Assembly (NCBI GenBank): GCA_963826615.1
Contig: CAWGXO010000002.1
Location: 2,506,649-2,570,648 of the forward strand
Direction of reading: 5' to 3'
From: an uncultured Actinomycetes bacterium
GTDB taxonomy: Bacteria > Actinomycetota > Thermoleophilia > Solirubrobacterales > Solirubrobacteraceae
Length of the DNA: 64,000 nucleotides
Part shown: positions 1-13,205 of the stretch, in pieces
How the letters are laid out: the number at the start of each line of letters is the position of its first letter
Numbering within the stretch: the stretch's first letter is position 1
Position numbers and translations under genes: made by a program
Notes under the pieces: generated by a model
Database searches by the model: none
Seen by the model: the letters and a program-made list of their open reading frames with translations, nothing else
What the model was told of the DNA's origin: nothing

Positions 1-336
1 CACGCCCTCGAGCCCCTCGCGGTCGGCCAGCTCGCGCACGTCGGGGCGCGCCTTGATCACGACGTCGTGGTTGGAGGGCACCGCGGCGCCCTCCACGGCG
101 AACGCCTCGCGCAGCAGACGCTTGACCCGGTTGCGCTCGACCGCGCCGCCGACCTTGCGCGGCACGGTGAGCCCGAGGCGAACCCCGTCGTCGTCCGCCC
201 GCGGGAACGCGTAGAGGACGAGGAAGCGATTGCCGTGCGAGCGGCTCTCGCGGTAGACGCGGTCGAACTCGGCGCTGCGAGAGAGCCGGCCACGCCGCGC
301 GCGGCCAGGGCGGGCGGGGCTTCCGCCCTCGACCAC
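1..336 (-). CDS. rnpA: Ribonuclease P protein component (partial, runs off the window start)
   Basis: The minus-strand frame reads ...GRLSRSAEFDRVYRESRSHGNRFLVLYAFPRADDDGVRLGLTVPRKVGGAVERNRVKRLLREAF..., an RnpA-type sequence. A GTG at 336 lies 2 nt after the rpmH stop. The listed ORF 57..293 is the wrong frame. Confidence 0.85.
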   Translation of the reverse strand, partial: MVEGGSPARPGRARRGRLSRSAEFDRVYRESRSHGNRFLVLYAFPRADDDGVRLGLTVPRKVGGAVERNRVKRLLREAFAVEGAAVPSNHDVVIKARPDVRELADREGLEGV

Positions 337-338
337 GG

Positions 339-473
339 TCAGACCGTCAGCCGCTTGCGGCCCTTGCCCCGCCGACGCTTGAGCGTCAGGCGGCCGGCAC
401 GCGTGGCCATGCGCGCGCGGAAGCCGTGTGTACGGGCCCGCTTGCGCTTCTTCGGCTGGTAGGTGCGCTTCAT
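339..473 (-). CDS. rpmH: 50S ribosomal protein L34
   Basis: Absent from the ORF track because it is under 60 aa. ATG at 473 gives [44 protein letters not shown], with TGA at 341-339. It sits in the classic position divergent from dnaA. Confidence 0.95.
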   Translation of the reverse strand: MKRTYQPKKRKRARTHGFRARMATRAGRLTLKRRRGKGRKRLTV

Positions 474-510
474 GCGGACGCGAAGGATAGCGGCCGTCTC
501 CCGGGGCGCC

Positions 511-540
511 GTGCACAGCGCACCGACAGTTGTGCACAGC
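511..540. promoter_or_regulatory. DnaA-box-like motifs in the rpmH-dnaA intergenic region
   Basis: GTGCACAGC at 511-519 and TTGTGCACAGC at 530-540. TTGTGCACA is one mismatch from the high-GC TTGTCCACA-type box. The location fits the usual oriC/dnaA promoter position. Confidence 0.3.
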
Positions 541-726
541 CCTGTTGACGGAGAATTCGTCGCGATTTGCGGGCTGCGAACAGGCCGCCCGCGGGGACCC
601 TCGCGTCCGCCGGCCGGGCTGGGCTATAGTCGCCGAGCCGGCGCGGAGCCCCGTCGTCCGAAGGCTCCGACCGGTCCCTCCTCGACGTTCGCCCCACCCT
701 CCTCACGGAGTCGCTGCTTCCTGCCC

Positions 727-2098
727 ATGCCGCCCCCCACCGCCGAGATCTGGAGCCGCTTCCAGGAGGAGCTGCGGCAGGCGGTGACCGACACGACCTA
801 CGAGCTCTGGCTCGCTCCGCTGCGCCCAACCTCCTTCGAGGGCGACGTGCTCGTCATCAACGCCCCGGGGGCGATCCGCGGATGGGTCACCGATCGCTTC
901 GCGCACGTCCTCGACGCCGCGGCGCACGCCGTCCTGGGGCCGTCGGCCCGCGTCGAGCTCGGGAACGCTCCCACGCCCGGACCGCGGTCGTCCACCGCTC
1001 GGTCCGCGGCGTCCGTCGCGCCCGACGTCGCCCCCCCCGGCGCGGAGCGCGACGAGCTGAACCCCAAGTTCACCTTCGAGCAGTTCGTCCTCGGCGACGG
1101 CAACCGCTTCGCGCACGCCGCCGCCCTCGCCGTCGCCGAGCTCCCCGCCGCCAGCCTACAACCCGCTCTTCATCTACGGCCCGCCGGGCGTCGGCAAGAC
1201 TCACCTCCTGCACTCGATCGGCAACTACGTTCGCGCGTACGGCGCGGGGCTGACCGTTCGCTGCACCACCGCGGAGGCGTTCACCAATGCGTTCCTCTCC
1301 GCGCTCCACGGCGGCGTCGTCGAGCGCTTCAAGGAGCGCTTTCGCGGCGTCGACGTCCTCCTCATCGACGACGTGCAGTTCCTGGAGTCCAAGGCGCGCA
1401 CCGAGGAGGAGTTCTTCCACACCTTCAACGCGCTGCACGACGCCGGCAGCCAGGTCGTCCTCACCTCAGACCGCCTTCCCCGCAGTCTCGCGGCACTCGA
1501 GGACCGCCTGCGGGAGCGCTTCGAATCGGGGCTCGTCGCCGACATCCGCCCGCCGGACCTCGCCACGCGCATGACCGTGCTCCGCAAGCGCGTCCACCAC
1601 GACGCCGTCCCCTGCGTCGACGATCGGGCGATCGAGGCGATCGCGCGGCGGATCGACACCACCGTGCGCGCGCTCGAGGGAGCATTCATCCGCGTCGTCG
1701 CCTTCCACTCGCTGACCGGCCGTCCGATCGACGCCGCCCTCGCCGACGAGGTCCTCGACGGCCTCTACCCCGGGCGCCCGGGCCCAGCCGCCGATGCGCG
1801 CCCGACCGTCGAGCGCATCCAGGGAGCCACCTGCGAGCTCTTCGGCATCACCCGCGAGGAGCTCCTGTCGACCGCCAGGGCGGCGCGGGTCGCCTGGCCG
1901 CGCCAGCTCGCCATGTACCTCGCGCGCGAGCACACGGGTGCGAGCCTGCCGGCGATCGGGACGGCGTTTGGCGGCCGCAACCACACCACCGTCCTGCACG
2001 CGTGCAGGCGAGCCACCGAGCGCCTCGCCACCGACCCCGAGGCCACCGACGCCGTTCGGGCGTTGTCCGAACGGATCCATGACGACCGCCGCGACTGA
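727..2098 (+). pseudogene. dnaA: Chromosomal replication initiator DnaA, split by one extra base near 1146-1156
   Basis: The N-terminus MPPPTAEIWSRFQEELRQAVTDTTYELWLAPL...NPKFTFEQFVLGDGNRFAHAAALAVAELP is in frame 1. From 1157, frame 2 reads YNPLFIYGPPGVGKTHLLHSIGNY...DDVQFLESKARTEEEFFHTFNAL...AMYLAREHTGASLPAIGTAFGGRNHTTVLHACRR. Length is 1372 nt, which is 3n+1. Confidence 0.9.
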
Positions 2099-2170
2099 CA
2101 GACTCCCGCGGATGTCCTCGACCCGGAATGTGCGACGAGCCACCCGCAACGTGCGGCGCTTTCGCGCCCC

Positions 2171-2186
2171 GTGCACACATCCACAG
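2171..2186. promoter_or_regulatory. DnaA-box-like motifs in the dnaA-dnaN spacer
   Basis: GTGCACACATCCACAG. ACATCCACA (2177-2185) matches TTATCCACA at 7 of 9 positions and overlaps a GTGCACA repeat of the motif seen at 511-540. Confidence 0.25.
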
Positions 2187-2224
2187 CCCCTACTCCTACT
2201 CCAATCTCAAGAGGTAGTCAGACC

Positions 2225-3334
2225 GTGAAGCTCGAGACCTCCTCTCAGGAGCTGCTCGCCCAGCTCCAGACCGTGACCCGGGTCGCCTCGACCCGCAGCG
2301 CCGTGCAGGCGCTCTCCGGCGTCCAGCTCGCCGTGACCCCGGCCGGCGTGGAGCTCCGAGCAACCGACATGGAGGTCGCGCTCCGCGTCCCGCTCGAGTC
2401 CCAGGTCGCGCGGGAGGGCACCGTGGTGCTTCCCGCCCGGCTGCTGCTCGACGTCGTCCGCCAGCTCCCGGCGGGGACGGTCTCGCTCGAGCTGCGTGCC
2501 GCCGAGCAGGACGTCGAGGTCGTCTCCGGCCCGGCGCGGTTCCACCTGCGAACACTGCGCAGCGAGGACTTCCCCAACCTGCCCGAGCCCGGCGGCGACC
2601 AGATCGTCACGGTGCCGGCCCAGGCGTTCGTCGAGACCATCGCCAAGGTCGCCCGTTCGGCATCGCGCGACGAGACGCGGCCGATTCTGACAGGGATCCT
2701 CGTCTCGGCCCAGGGTGGCGAGCTGAAGATGGTCGCCACCGACTCCTACCGCCTCAGCGTCAAGGAGACGCCGCTCGACCCGCCCATCGACGGCGGCTTC
2801 GAGGCGAACGTGCCGGCCCGCGCGCTCCAGGAGCTCGAGCGCATCGCCACGCAGGGTGCAGACGAGCAGATCCGCATCGGGGTGCGGGCCAACCAGGTCG
2901 TCTTCGAGGTCGGCGGCGTGGTGCTGTCCTCGCGGCTGATCGAGGGGCAGTTCCCCAACTACCGGCAGCTGCTCCCGGAGGCCTACGACCACGAGCTGCG
3001 CATGTCCGGCGAAGAGCTGACCGGCGTCGTGCGCCGGATCAGCCTCATGGCGCAGAAGAACGCCCCGCTGCGGCTCAGCTTCCGCGAGGGCGAGCTCGTC
3101 GTCTCGGCGCAGACCCCGGACGTCGGCGAGGCGAGCGAGCCCGTCCCGGCGCCCTTCACGGGCGAGCCGTTCGAGATCGGCTTCAACCCGGACTTCCTCC
3201 GCGACGGCCTGGAGAGCGCCGGCGCCGCCGACCTCGTGCTCAAGCTCATCAGCCCGCTGCGACCGGGCCTGATCGAGAGCGCCGACGAGAGCGGCTTCCT
3301 CTACCTGATCATGCCGATCCGCCTGAACGTCTAG
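2225..3334 (+). CDS. dnaN: DNA polymerase III beta sliding clamp
   Basis: VKLETSSQELLAQLQTVTRVASTRSAVQALSGVQL...LIEGQFPNYRQLLP...LIMPIRLNV. GTG at 2225 is preceded by a GAGGT ribosome-binding site. The track start at 2171 is probably too early. Confidence 0.92.
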   Translation: MKLETSSQELLAQLQTVTRVASTRSAVQALSGVQLAVTPAGVELRATDMEVALRVPLESQVAREGTVVLPARLLLDVVRQLPAGTVSLELRAAEQDVEVVSGPARFHLRTLRSEDFPNLPEPGGDQIVTVPAQAFVETIAKVARSASRDETRPILTGILVSAQGGELKMVATDSYRLSVKETPLDPPIDGGFEANVPARALQELERIATQGADEQIRIGVRANQVVFEVGGVVLSSRLIEGQFPNYRQLLPEAYDHELRMSGEELTGVVRRISLMAQKNAPLRLSFREGELVVSAQTPDVGEASEPVPAPFTGEPFEIGFNPDFLRDGLESAGAADLVLKLISPLRPGLIESADESGFLYLIMPIRLNV

Positions 3335-4453
3335 GTGGGGGCGCCGGTCGTCGCCACCCGGCTGCGCCTGCGCGACTTCCGCAGCTACCAGGCCGTCGAG
3401 GCGCGGCTCGGCACCGGCATCACCGTCGTGCACGGGCGCAACGGGGCGGGCAAGACGAACCTCCTCGAGGGGCTCTACTTCGGCTGCACGGGCCGCTCGT
3501 GCCGGACCAGCAACGAGCGCGAGGTCGTCCGCTTCGACGCTCCTGCCGCTCGGGTGGAGGTCGACGTGCGCGACCGCGACGGCGACCACACGCTCGCGGT
3601 GGGCTTCCAGCCCGGCGAGGCGAAGCGCATGCGCGTCGACGGCGCGCCTGTCGAGCGGCTGTCGGACAGCCCGTCCCGGCCGCTGGTCGCGGTCTTCCTC
3701 CCCGACCGCCTGGAGCTGGTCAAGGGACCGCCCGCGCTGCGCCGCGGGCACCTCGACCAGGTCGTCGCCGCGCTCTGGCCGGGCCGGGCCGTCACGCGTC
3801 GTGCCTACTCCCAGGCGCTCGCGCAGCGCAACGCGCTGCTCGCGAGGATCCGTGCGGGTCGCGCGGGGCGCGCCGCGCTCCCCGCCTGGGACGCCGAGCT
3901 TGCGGGCCACGGGATCGCCCTGCGTGACGATCGCACGCACGCCGCGTCGCTGCTCGAGGACCCGTTTCGCGAGCTTGCCGGCGCGCTGGGACTCGGCGGC
4001 GACGCCGAGCTGCGCTACCGCCCGCGCTCCGCGGCGGCAACGCCGGGGGAGCTCGCCGCCGAGCTCGCCGAGCGCGTCGACTCCGACCTCGAGCGCGGGT
4101 TCACGCGCCACGGGCCGCATCGCGACGACGTCTCGCTGCTGCGGGACGGGCGGGAGCTGCGGGCCTACGGCTCGCAGGGCGAGCAGCGCCTGGCACTCCT
4201 GGCGCTGCTCCTGGCCGAGCGCGAGGTGCTCGCCACCGAGCGCGGAGCCCCGCCGCTGCTGCTCCTCGACGACGTCATGAGCGAGCTCGACGCGGACCGG
4301 CGGGCGCTGCTGGTGGCACGCCTTGGCGAGGGCCAGAGCGTGATCACCACCACCGACCTGGCGCACGTGCCCGGTGGCGACGCGGCGACCGTCGAGCGGA
4401 TCGCCGTGGTCGAGGGCGGCCTGCTCCAGGCGGCCGGCCGGGAGGCGGCGTGA
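3335..4453 (+). CDS. recF: DNA replication/repair protein RecF
   Basis: LRLRDFRSYQAVEARLGTGITVVHGRNGAGKTNLLEGLYF (Walker A) and LLLLDDVMSELD (Walker B/signature). The gene starts immediately after the dnaN stop. Confidence 0.92.
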   Translation: MGAPVVATRLRLRDFRSYQAVEARLGTGITVVHGRNGAGKTNLLEGLYFGCTGRSCRTSNEREVVRFDAPAARVEVDVRDRDGDHTLAVGFQPGEAKRMRVDGAPVERLSDSPSRPLVAVFLPDRLELVKGPPALRRGHLDQVVAALWPGRAVTRRAYSQALAQRNALLARIRAGRAGRAALPAWDAELAGHGIALRDDRTHAASLLEDPFRELAGALGLGGDAELRYRPRSAAATPGELAAELAERVDSDLERGFTRHGPHRDDVSLLRDGRELRAYGSQGEQRLALLALLLAEREVLATERGAPPLLLLDDVMSELDADRRALLVARLGEGQSVITTTDLAHVPGGDAATVERIAVVEGGLLQAAGREAA

Positions 4454-4469
4454 GCGAGCGCGCGAAGCG

Positions 4470-7350
<2,881 letters not shown>

Positions 7351-7360
7351 GAGGAAGCGG

Positions 7361-9910
7361 ATGAGTGCCGGCCAGCTCACCGGGGGCAACATCGAGCCCC
7401 GCGCGCTCGAGGACGAGATGCGCAGTGCGTATCTCGACTACGCCATGTCGGTCATCGTCGGGCGTGCGCTGCCCGATGTGCGGGACGGCCTCAAGCCGGT
7501 CCACCGGCGCGTCCTCTACGGCATGAGCGAGCTGGGCATCGGGCCCACCCGCGGCTACGCGAAGTGCGCCCGGATCGTCGGGGAGGTGATGGGCAACTAC
7601 CACCCGCACGGCGACTCGGCCATCTACGACACGCTCGTGCGGATGGCGCAGGACTTCTCGCTGCGCTACCCGCTGGTCGACGGCCAGGGCAACTTCGGGT
7701 CGATCGACGACGACCCCGCGGCGGCGATGCGCTACACCGAGGCGCGCCTCGACCGCATGGCGATGGAGATGCTCCGCGACCTCGACGCGGACACCGTCGA
7801 CTTCGTCCCGAACTACGACGGCCGCAAGCAGGAGCCGCTGGTCCTGCCATCGCGGTTCCCCAACCTGCTCGTCAACGGCGCAGCCGGCATCGCGGTCGGC
7901 ATGGCGACGAACGTCCCGCCGCACAACCTCGGCGAGGTCATCGACGCCACGATCGCGTTCATCGACGACCCGTCGCTCGGCCTCGAGGGCCTCATGCGCC
8001 ACATCAAGGGCCCGGACTTCCCGACCGGCGGGGTCGTCCTCGGCCGGCAGGGGATCCGCGACGCCTACGAGACCGGCCGCGGCCGCGTGCGCATCCGGGC
8101 CCGGGTGGGCGTCGAGGAGATCGGTCAGGGCAAGGAGGCGCTGATCGTCACCGAGCTGCCCTTCCAGGTGAAGAAGGGCGGCGACGGGGGGCTGATCACC
8201 AAGATCGCCGACCTCGTCCACGACAAGAAGATCCCGGAGATCAGCGACATCCGCGACGAGTCGGACCGCCACGGCATGCGCCTGGTGATCGAGCTCAAGC
8301 GTGGGGTGATCCCGAAGGTCGTCCTCAACAAGCTCTTCAAGCACACGCCGATGCAGTCGACGTTCGGCGTCAACATGGTGGCGCTGGTCGACGGCGTCCC
8401 GCGCACGCTCTCGCTGCGCGAGGTCATCCATCACTACGTCCAGCACCAGCGCGAGGTCGTCGTCCGCCGCGCCAAGCACGAGCTGGGCGAGAAGGAGCGC
8501 GAGCTCCACATCGTGGAGGGCCTGCTGATCGCGCAGGCCAACCTCGACGAGGTCATCGCGCTGATCCGCGCCTCGCACGACCGAGAGGCGGCGCGCGAGT
8601 CCCTCGTCGACCGCTACGAGCTGTCGGTCGTGCAGGCGGACGCCATCCTCGCGATGCGGCTGTCGCAGCTGACCGCGCTCGAGGTCGAGGACCTGCGCAA
8701 CCGCCACCGCGACCTCGTCGAGCGCATCGCCGAGCTGCGCGAGCTGCTCGGCGACGAGTCGAAGGTCTACGCGCTGATCAAGGAGGAGCTCGGCGAGATC
8801 CGCGAGCGCTTCCGCGACGACCGCCGTACCGAGATCACGGCCTCCGAGGACGAGATCGACATCGAGGACCTGATCGCCGACCAGCAGATGGTCATCACGA
8901 TCACGAAGTCCGGCTACATCAAGTCGCTCCCGCTGACCACCTACCGCCAGCAGCAGCGTGGCGGGCGCGGGGTCACCGGGATGGACATGAAGGACGGCGA
9001 CTACATCGAGCACCTCTTCGTGTGCTCGAGCCACGACTTCCTGCTGTTCTTCTCCAATCGCGGCAAGGTGTACCGCTCGAAGGTCTACGAGCTGCCCGAG
9101 GCCTCGCGGACCGCGAAGGGCCGCGCGCTGGTCAACGTGTTGCCGTTGCGCGAGGACGAGCGCATCCACTCGGTGCTCTCGACGCGCGGCTTCGCCGAGT
9201 CGCGCTACCTCGTGTTCGCGACGCGCCAGGGCCAGGTCAAGAAGACCGAGCTCCAGGCCTACAACACGCCGATCAAGGCGGACGGCATCATCGCGATCAA
9301 CATCACCGAGGGCGACGAGCTGGTGGCCGTGCGCAACGTGGACCCGGGTGACACGATCATCATGGTCTCGCGCTCGGGGCAGGCGGCGCGGTTCGCGGAG
9401 GCGGCGGCGCGGGCGATGGGTCGTGCGACGGGCGGCGTGCGCGGGATGAACGTGTCGCAGAAGGGCAACTTCGTGCTGACGATGGACGTGGCCCGCCCCG
9501 ACCAGGATCTGCTCGTCGTCACCGAGAACGGCTTCGGCAAGCGCACGGCGATGGACGACTACCCGATCAAGGGCCGCGGCACGATGGGCGTCAAGACGAT
9601 CGCCCTGACCGACAGGAAGGGCGCGCTGGCCGGAGCGCTGGTCGTCCGCGAGCACCAGGAGCTGGTGTTCATCTCGACCAACGGGATGGTCCAGCGAACG
9701 TCGGTGAAGGGCATCAACCGCTACGGGCGCTCGTCGCAGGGCGTGAAGGTCATGAACGTCAAGGACGACGACACCGTCAGCGCGGTCGCCCTGGTGATGG
9801 AGTCCGAGGCTGCCGCTGCGACGGTCTCCGACGAGCCCGGCGACGCTCCCTCCGTCGACGTCGCCGAGCCGCTCGAGGGCGGCAACGGGGCGTCCCCGGA
9901 ATCCGCTTGA
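7361..9910 (+). CDS. gyrA: DNA gyrase subunit A
   Basis: [33 protein letters not shown]...[34 protein letters not shown], with C-terminal beta-pinwheel repeats and an acidic tail. Confidence 0.95.
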   Translation: MSAGQLTGGNIEPRALEDEMRSAYLDYAMSVIVGRALPDVRDGLKPVHRRVLYGMSELGIGPTRGYAKCARIVGEVMGNYHPHGDSAIYDTLVRMAQDFSLRYPLVDGQGNFGSIDDDPAAAMRYTEARLDRMAMEMLRDLDADTVDFVPNYDGRKQEPLVLPSRFPNLLVNGAAGIAVGMATNVPPHNLGEVIDATIAFIDDPSLGLEGLMRHIKGPDFPTGGVVLGRQGIRDAYETGRGRVRIRARVGVEEIGQGKEALIVTELPFQVKKGGDGGLITKIADLVHDKKIPEISDIRDESDRHGMRLVIELKRGVIPKVVLNKLFKHTPMQSTFGVNMVALVDGVPRTLSLREVIHHYVQHQREVVVRRAKHELGEKERELHIVEGLLIAQANLDEVIALIRASHDREAARESLVDRYELSVVQADAILAMRLSQLTALEVEDLRNRHRDLVERIAELRELLGDESKVYALIKEELGEIRERFRDDRRTEITASEDEIDIEDLIADQQMVITITKSGYIKSLPLTTYRQQQRGGRGVTGMDMKDGDYIEHLFVCSSHDFLLFFSNRGKVYRSKVYELPEASRTAKGRALVNVLPLREDERIHSVLSTRGFAESRYLVFATRQGQVKKTELQAYNTPIKADGIIAINITEGDELVAVRNVDPGDTIIMVSRSGQAARFAEAAARAMGRATGGVRGMNVSQKGNFVLTMDVARPDQDLLVVTENGFGKRTAMDDYPIKGRGTMGVKTIALTDRKGALAGALVVREHQELVFISTNGMVQRTSVKGINRYGRSSQGVKVMNVKDDDTVSAVALVMESEAAAATVSDEPGDAPSVDVAEPLEGGNGASPESA

Positions 9911-10122
9911 CACGCTGGTACATTTGGCCACACCAGAGAAAGGAGGTGGTCCGTATCTGTAGTGACATGCCTTGCGGGACCCTGGAGGTGGCCGGCCGCT
10001 AGCGACCGGCAGGCTGGAGCCGCACAGCGGAATCCAACCCGGACCACCCCCTGAGGCGCCGCCCGACCTGGTCCCACGGGCAGCAGTGCAGTCGCCGCAG
10101 GGATCGTCCAGTCAGAGATGCA
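9911..10122 (+). ncRNA. Candidate structured RNA or small-ORF region downstream of gyrA (function unknown)
   Basis: A 212-nt non-coding gap with locally lower GC. GGAGGTGG occurs twice (9942-9949, 9984-9991). GGTGGTCC (9945-9952) is complementary to GGACCACC (10041-10048). There is a local hairpin at 10041-10074. The region ends at a perfect 14-bp hairpin. No plus-strand gene follows. Confidence 0.25.
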
Positions 10123-10157
10123 GACGAAGGCCCCGGCTCGTCACCGGGGCCTTCGTC
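10123..10157. terminator. Perfect 14-bp GC-rich hairpin between convergent transcription units
   Basis: GACGAAGGCCCCGG-ctcgtca-CCGGGGCCTTCGTC. It has no U-tract. It lies 25 nt beyond the stop of the minus-strand glycosidase. Confidence 0.6.
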
Positions 10158-10181
10158 GTCCTGTCGCCGAGGGCGCCGCGC

Positions 10182-11219
10182 TCAGCGCAGGAAGTGGCCG
10201 TCGAAGGCCTGGCGCAGCTGCTCGAGTCCGGGCCGGGGCGTCCCGTCCGCGCGGACGAGACCCGCGTCGAAGCCGGCCATCTCGTCGGGTTTGCGGCCCG
10301 CGGGGTCGGTGCGGCCGTTCGGCGCGCAGTTGTCCCCGTACCAGTTGTAGAGGTAGATGCGCTGGACCCCCACGCCGCGGTAGGTGTTGGCGATCTCGAA
10401 GACGTGGTCGACCGCGCCGGCCGCCCGCTCCTCCGCGTGGCGCAGCGAGGCCGGCGAGTTCGGGTCGCACGGGAAGTTCTTGCCGAAGCCGACCAGGCCC
10501 CCGGTCTCGGTGAACCAGAAGTTGGCGTCGCGGTTGTGGTCGCGGACGGCCTTGATGATCCCCCGGGTACGCTGGTGGCCGCCGTGGTTGGCGTCGCCGT
10601 AGTTGTGGATGCCGATGATCTCGGCGCGGTGGCGCCAGGTGCGGGTGCGAAGCCGCTCGTAGAAGCGGTCGATGTAGCGCCCGACGCCCGTCTGGTCGAG
10701 CACGTCGAGCGCCACCACCCGGCAGTGGCGCGTCGAGCACGTGCGGAACACCTCGCGGTACATGATCTTGAAGTAGAGGGCCGCGTGGTTGGGCGTGTCC
10801 CACGTGGGCTGCGACTTGTGGTTGGCCTCGTTCCAGGTGCCGAAGTCACGCACGCCGAGGCGCCGCAGGTAGCGGACCAGCCGGCCCACGTCGCGCCGGT
10901 AGTGCGAGAGCGACGGCAGCGGCGCCGCCTTGGGCTCGAAGGTCGTCGTCGAGAAGTGGATCAGCGGGCGCATCCCGCGGCTGCGCGCCTTCTTGACCCA
11001 CGCGCGCATCGCGAGCCGCTCGCCGCGATCGTGGATGGCGTTCCAGTGCACGAAGTAGCGCACCTGGCGGAGCTTCAGCGCCCGGAACGACGGGTCGTCG
11101 AACATCCGCACGCTCTGGTCGCCGACGCCGACGCGGATGTCCAGCGCCGCGCTCGGCGCGACGAGCAGCGTGGACGACAGGGCGACGGCAACGCAGGACG
11201 AGACGATGAGTGAGCGCAT
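10182..11219 (-). CDS. Secreted clan GH-A-like glycoside hydrolase
   Basis: Signal peptide MRSLIVSSCVAVALSSTLLVAPSAA. WNEANH (acid/base NE) and FWFTETG (nucleophile E) spacing is typical of TIM-barrel glycosidases. The family is not assignable by eye. Confidence 0.6.
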   Translation of the reverse strand: MRSLIVSSCVAVALSSTLLVAPSAALDIRVGVGDQSVRMFDDPSFRALKLRQVRYFVHWNAIHDRGERLAMRAWVKKARSRGMRPLIHFSTTTFEPKAAPLPSLSHYRRDVGRLVRYLRRLGVRDFGTWNEANHKSQPTWDTPNHAALYFKIMYREVFRTCSTRHCRVVALDVLDQTGVGRYIDRFYERLRTRTWRHRAEIIGIHNYGDANHGGHQRTRGIIKAVRDHNRDANFWFTETGGLVGFGKNFPCDPNSPASLRHAEERAAGAVDHVFEIANTYRGVGVQRIYLYNWYGDNCAPNGRTDPAGRKPDEMAGFDAGLVRADGTPRPGLEQLRQAFDGHFLR

Positions 11220-11252
11220 CCTCGGGCTCTGCCCGCTGCGCGCGTGGCGAAA

Positions 11253-11831
11253 CTACGCGGCCTCGGGCAGCCAGGCGCGCCAGGCGGCCGGGATCGTCGG
11301 CGAGGCGACGTGGATGAAGACCTGCGGGTGGGGTGCCCGCGGCGCCCGGGCGGGGTGCATGTCGGCCTGGATCGGGAGCAGGTCGCCCTTGCGCCGGTTG
11401 CACGGTGCGCATGACGCGACGATGTTCTCCCAGGAGGACACGCCGCCCTTCGAGCGCGGGATCACGTGATCGACGGTGAGGTTCGACCGTGCGCCGCAGT
11501 ACTGGCATGCCCAGCCGTCGCGTGCGAACACCGCGCGGCGCGTGATCTTGCGGCGGTGCGTGTCGCGCGGCACGCGGACGTAGGCCACGAGGCGGATCAC
11601 CATCGGCCGCGCGAGCGTGGTGTGCTCGGAGTGCAGCGACCAGCCGCCCCGCTCGACGACCTCGGCCTTGGACTTGAGCAGCAGCACGACCGCGCGCCGC
11701 ACCGTGCAGACGTTGATCGGCTCGAACGTCGCGTTGAGGACGAGCACCCGGCCGGACGCGCCGGGATCGCGCCGCGGGTGCTCTGGAAGCGGCGCGATCC
11801 CACCTGGCTCGGGTGGAGCCTGCGTGGCCAT
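11253..11831 (-). CDS. HNH endonuclease family protein
   Basis: FARDGWACQYCGARSNLTVDHVIPRSKGGVSSWENIVASCAPCNRRKG. ATG at 11831 lies 8 nt after the corrected pheA stop. Confidence 0.85.
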   Translation of the reverse strand: MATQAPPEPGGIAPLPEHPRRDPGASGRVLVLNATFEPINVCTVRRAVVLLLKSKAEVVERGGWSLHSEHTTLARPMVIRLVAYVRVPRDTHRRKITRRAVFARDGWACQYCGARSNLTVDHVIPRSKGGVSSWENIVASCAPCNRRKGDLLPIQADMHPARAPRAPHPQVFIHVASPTIPAAWRAWLPEAA

Positions 11832-11838
11832 CCTGCCG

Positions 11839-12703
11839 TCAGGATACCGGGAGGGCAGGCGCTGCCGGGTAGGTCCCGAGCAGGCGAACGCGGTCGCAGT
11901 GGCGCGCGTAGGGCCGTGATCGCCCCGGCGACCGCGGGATCGTCGCCGCGGCCCTCGCAGTCGGCCAGGAACAGGTAGTGCCCGAGCTGCGCACGGGCCG
12001 GCCGCGACTCGATCCTCACGAGGTTCACGTCCCGGGATGCGAGCTCGGAGAGGCAGCGGACCAGCCAGCCCGGCGCCGCGTCGCCGGCGCCGGCGAACAG
12101 GATCGACGTCTTCCACGCGGCGCCGGCCGCCGGCGGAGGAAAGGGCTCGCCGCCGTCGGCGCGCAGCCAGGCGAAGCGGGTGGCGTTTCCCGGCTCGTCC
12201 TCGATGCCCTCGTGCAGGACGACGCCGCCATGGGCCGCGGCTGCGGCCGCGGATCCGATCGCCGCGGATCGCTCCATCCCGTGCCCGCCCAGCGCCCGCA
12301 CGGCCTCGGCGGTGGAGCCGGTCGCAACGAGACGCGCCGAGGGGAGCCGCTCGCGGAGGAACCGCGCGCACTGGGCGTGGGCCTGCGGGTGCGAGAGAAC
12401 CGCCTCGACCTCGCCGGGCTCGAGCCGCCGCGCCGCGATCAGGCAGTGGCGGATCGGCAGCACGGCCTCGCCGACGACCGCGAGGCGCCGATCGGCGCTC
12501 AGCGCGTCGACGGTCGCGGTCACCGCGCCCTCGAGCGAGTTCTCGATCGGCACGAGCGCGACGTCCACCTCGCCCGCGAGCAGCGCGCCGATCGTGTCGT
12601 GCACGGTCGGGTGCGCCACCAGCTCCGCGCCGGCTGCGGCCGCGGCCGGCCGTGCCGCCTCCTCGGTGAACGTGCCGGACGGGCCGAGGTGGCCGATGCG
12701 CAT
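11839..12703 (-). pseudogene. pheA: Prephenate dehydratase, with one extra base near 11902 disrupting the last ~20 codons
   Basis: MRIGHLGPSGTFTEEAA...VALVPIENSLEGAV...NATRFAWL...TSILF...LSELASRDVNLVRIESRPAR...YLFLADCEGRGDDPAV. After ...AITALRA the shifted frame reads HCDRVRLLGTYPAAPALPVS-stop. Length is 865 nt, which is 3n+1. Confidence 0.85.
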
Positions 12704-13194
12704 CAGCCCGCCAGCGCCTGGCGGATCGCCTCGGCCTCCTCCGGAGAGAGCTGGAGCTCGCCCTCGCCCTCGTGGATGCGCTTGACGTACAGGCGCGCCT
12801 GGTCGCGGTGGTGGATCGAGGACAGCACGATGCCGCTGCGGCGCGCGTCAAGGAGCGCGATCGACGCGGACTGGTGCCCGGACATCTCGTTGTAGGCGTC
12901 GTAGCGGACGAGGCCGTGGTAGGCGATCGCCCCGTCGAGCCGCTCCTCGGCGAGCCCGAGCCGCTCGTCGAGTCGCCGCGCGACGTCCTCCACGTAGGCG
13001 TGCAGCGACCGGAACGCGTCCTGGAGGCGGGCCGCGTGGGCGACGAGGTCGGCCTCGCCGTGCTCCCCCAGCACCGTCACCTGGCCGGCCCGCAGCCTTC
13101 GCGCGACGACGAGCAGCCTGATGGCGAGCGCAAGCGCCACGAGTGCGCCTGCGCCCGCCGCGATCGCGATGATGCCGGCGGTCGAGGCGTCCAC
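12703..13194 (-). CDS. DUF4446-like membrane-anchored protein
   Basis: VDASTAGIIAIAAGAGALVALALAIRLL...GLVRYDAYNEMSGHQSASIALLDARRSGIVLSSIHHRDQARLYVKRI. Its stop overlaps the pheA ATG (TGATG). Confidence 0.65.
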   Translation of the reverse strand: MDASTAGIIAIAAGAGALVALALAIRLLVVARRLRAGQVTVLGEHGEADLVAHAARLQDAFRSLHAYVEDVARRLDERLGLAEERLDGAIAYHGLVRYDAYNEMSGHQSASIALLDARRSGIVLSSIHHRDQARLYVKRIHEGEGELQLSPEEAEAIRQALAG

Positions 13195-13205
13195 GGTGCA
13201 GGACG

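Noticed and set aside
474-726. Calling a full oriC in the rpmH-dnaA spacer or the dnaA-dnaN spacer.
   Set aside because: Only a few imperfect DnaA-box-like motifs are visible, with no obvious AT-rich unwinding element, and the dnaA-dnaN spacer is only ~126 bp. I annotated the motifs at low confidence instead of asserting an origin.
9906-9911. A perfect TTGACA -35 hexamer overlapping the gyrA stop, as the promoter for the downstream structured region.
   Set aside because: No acceptable -10 (TANNNT) lies 16-19 bp downstream, so a promoter call is not supported by sequence alone.
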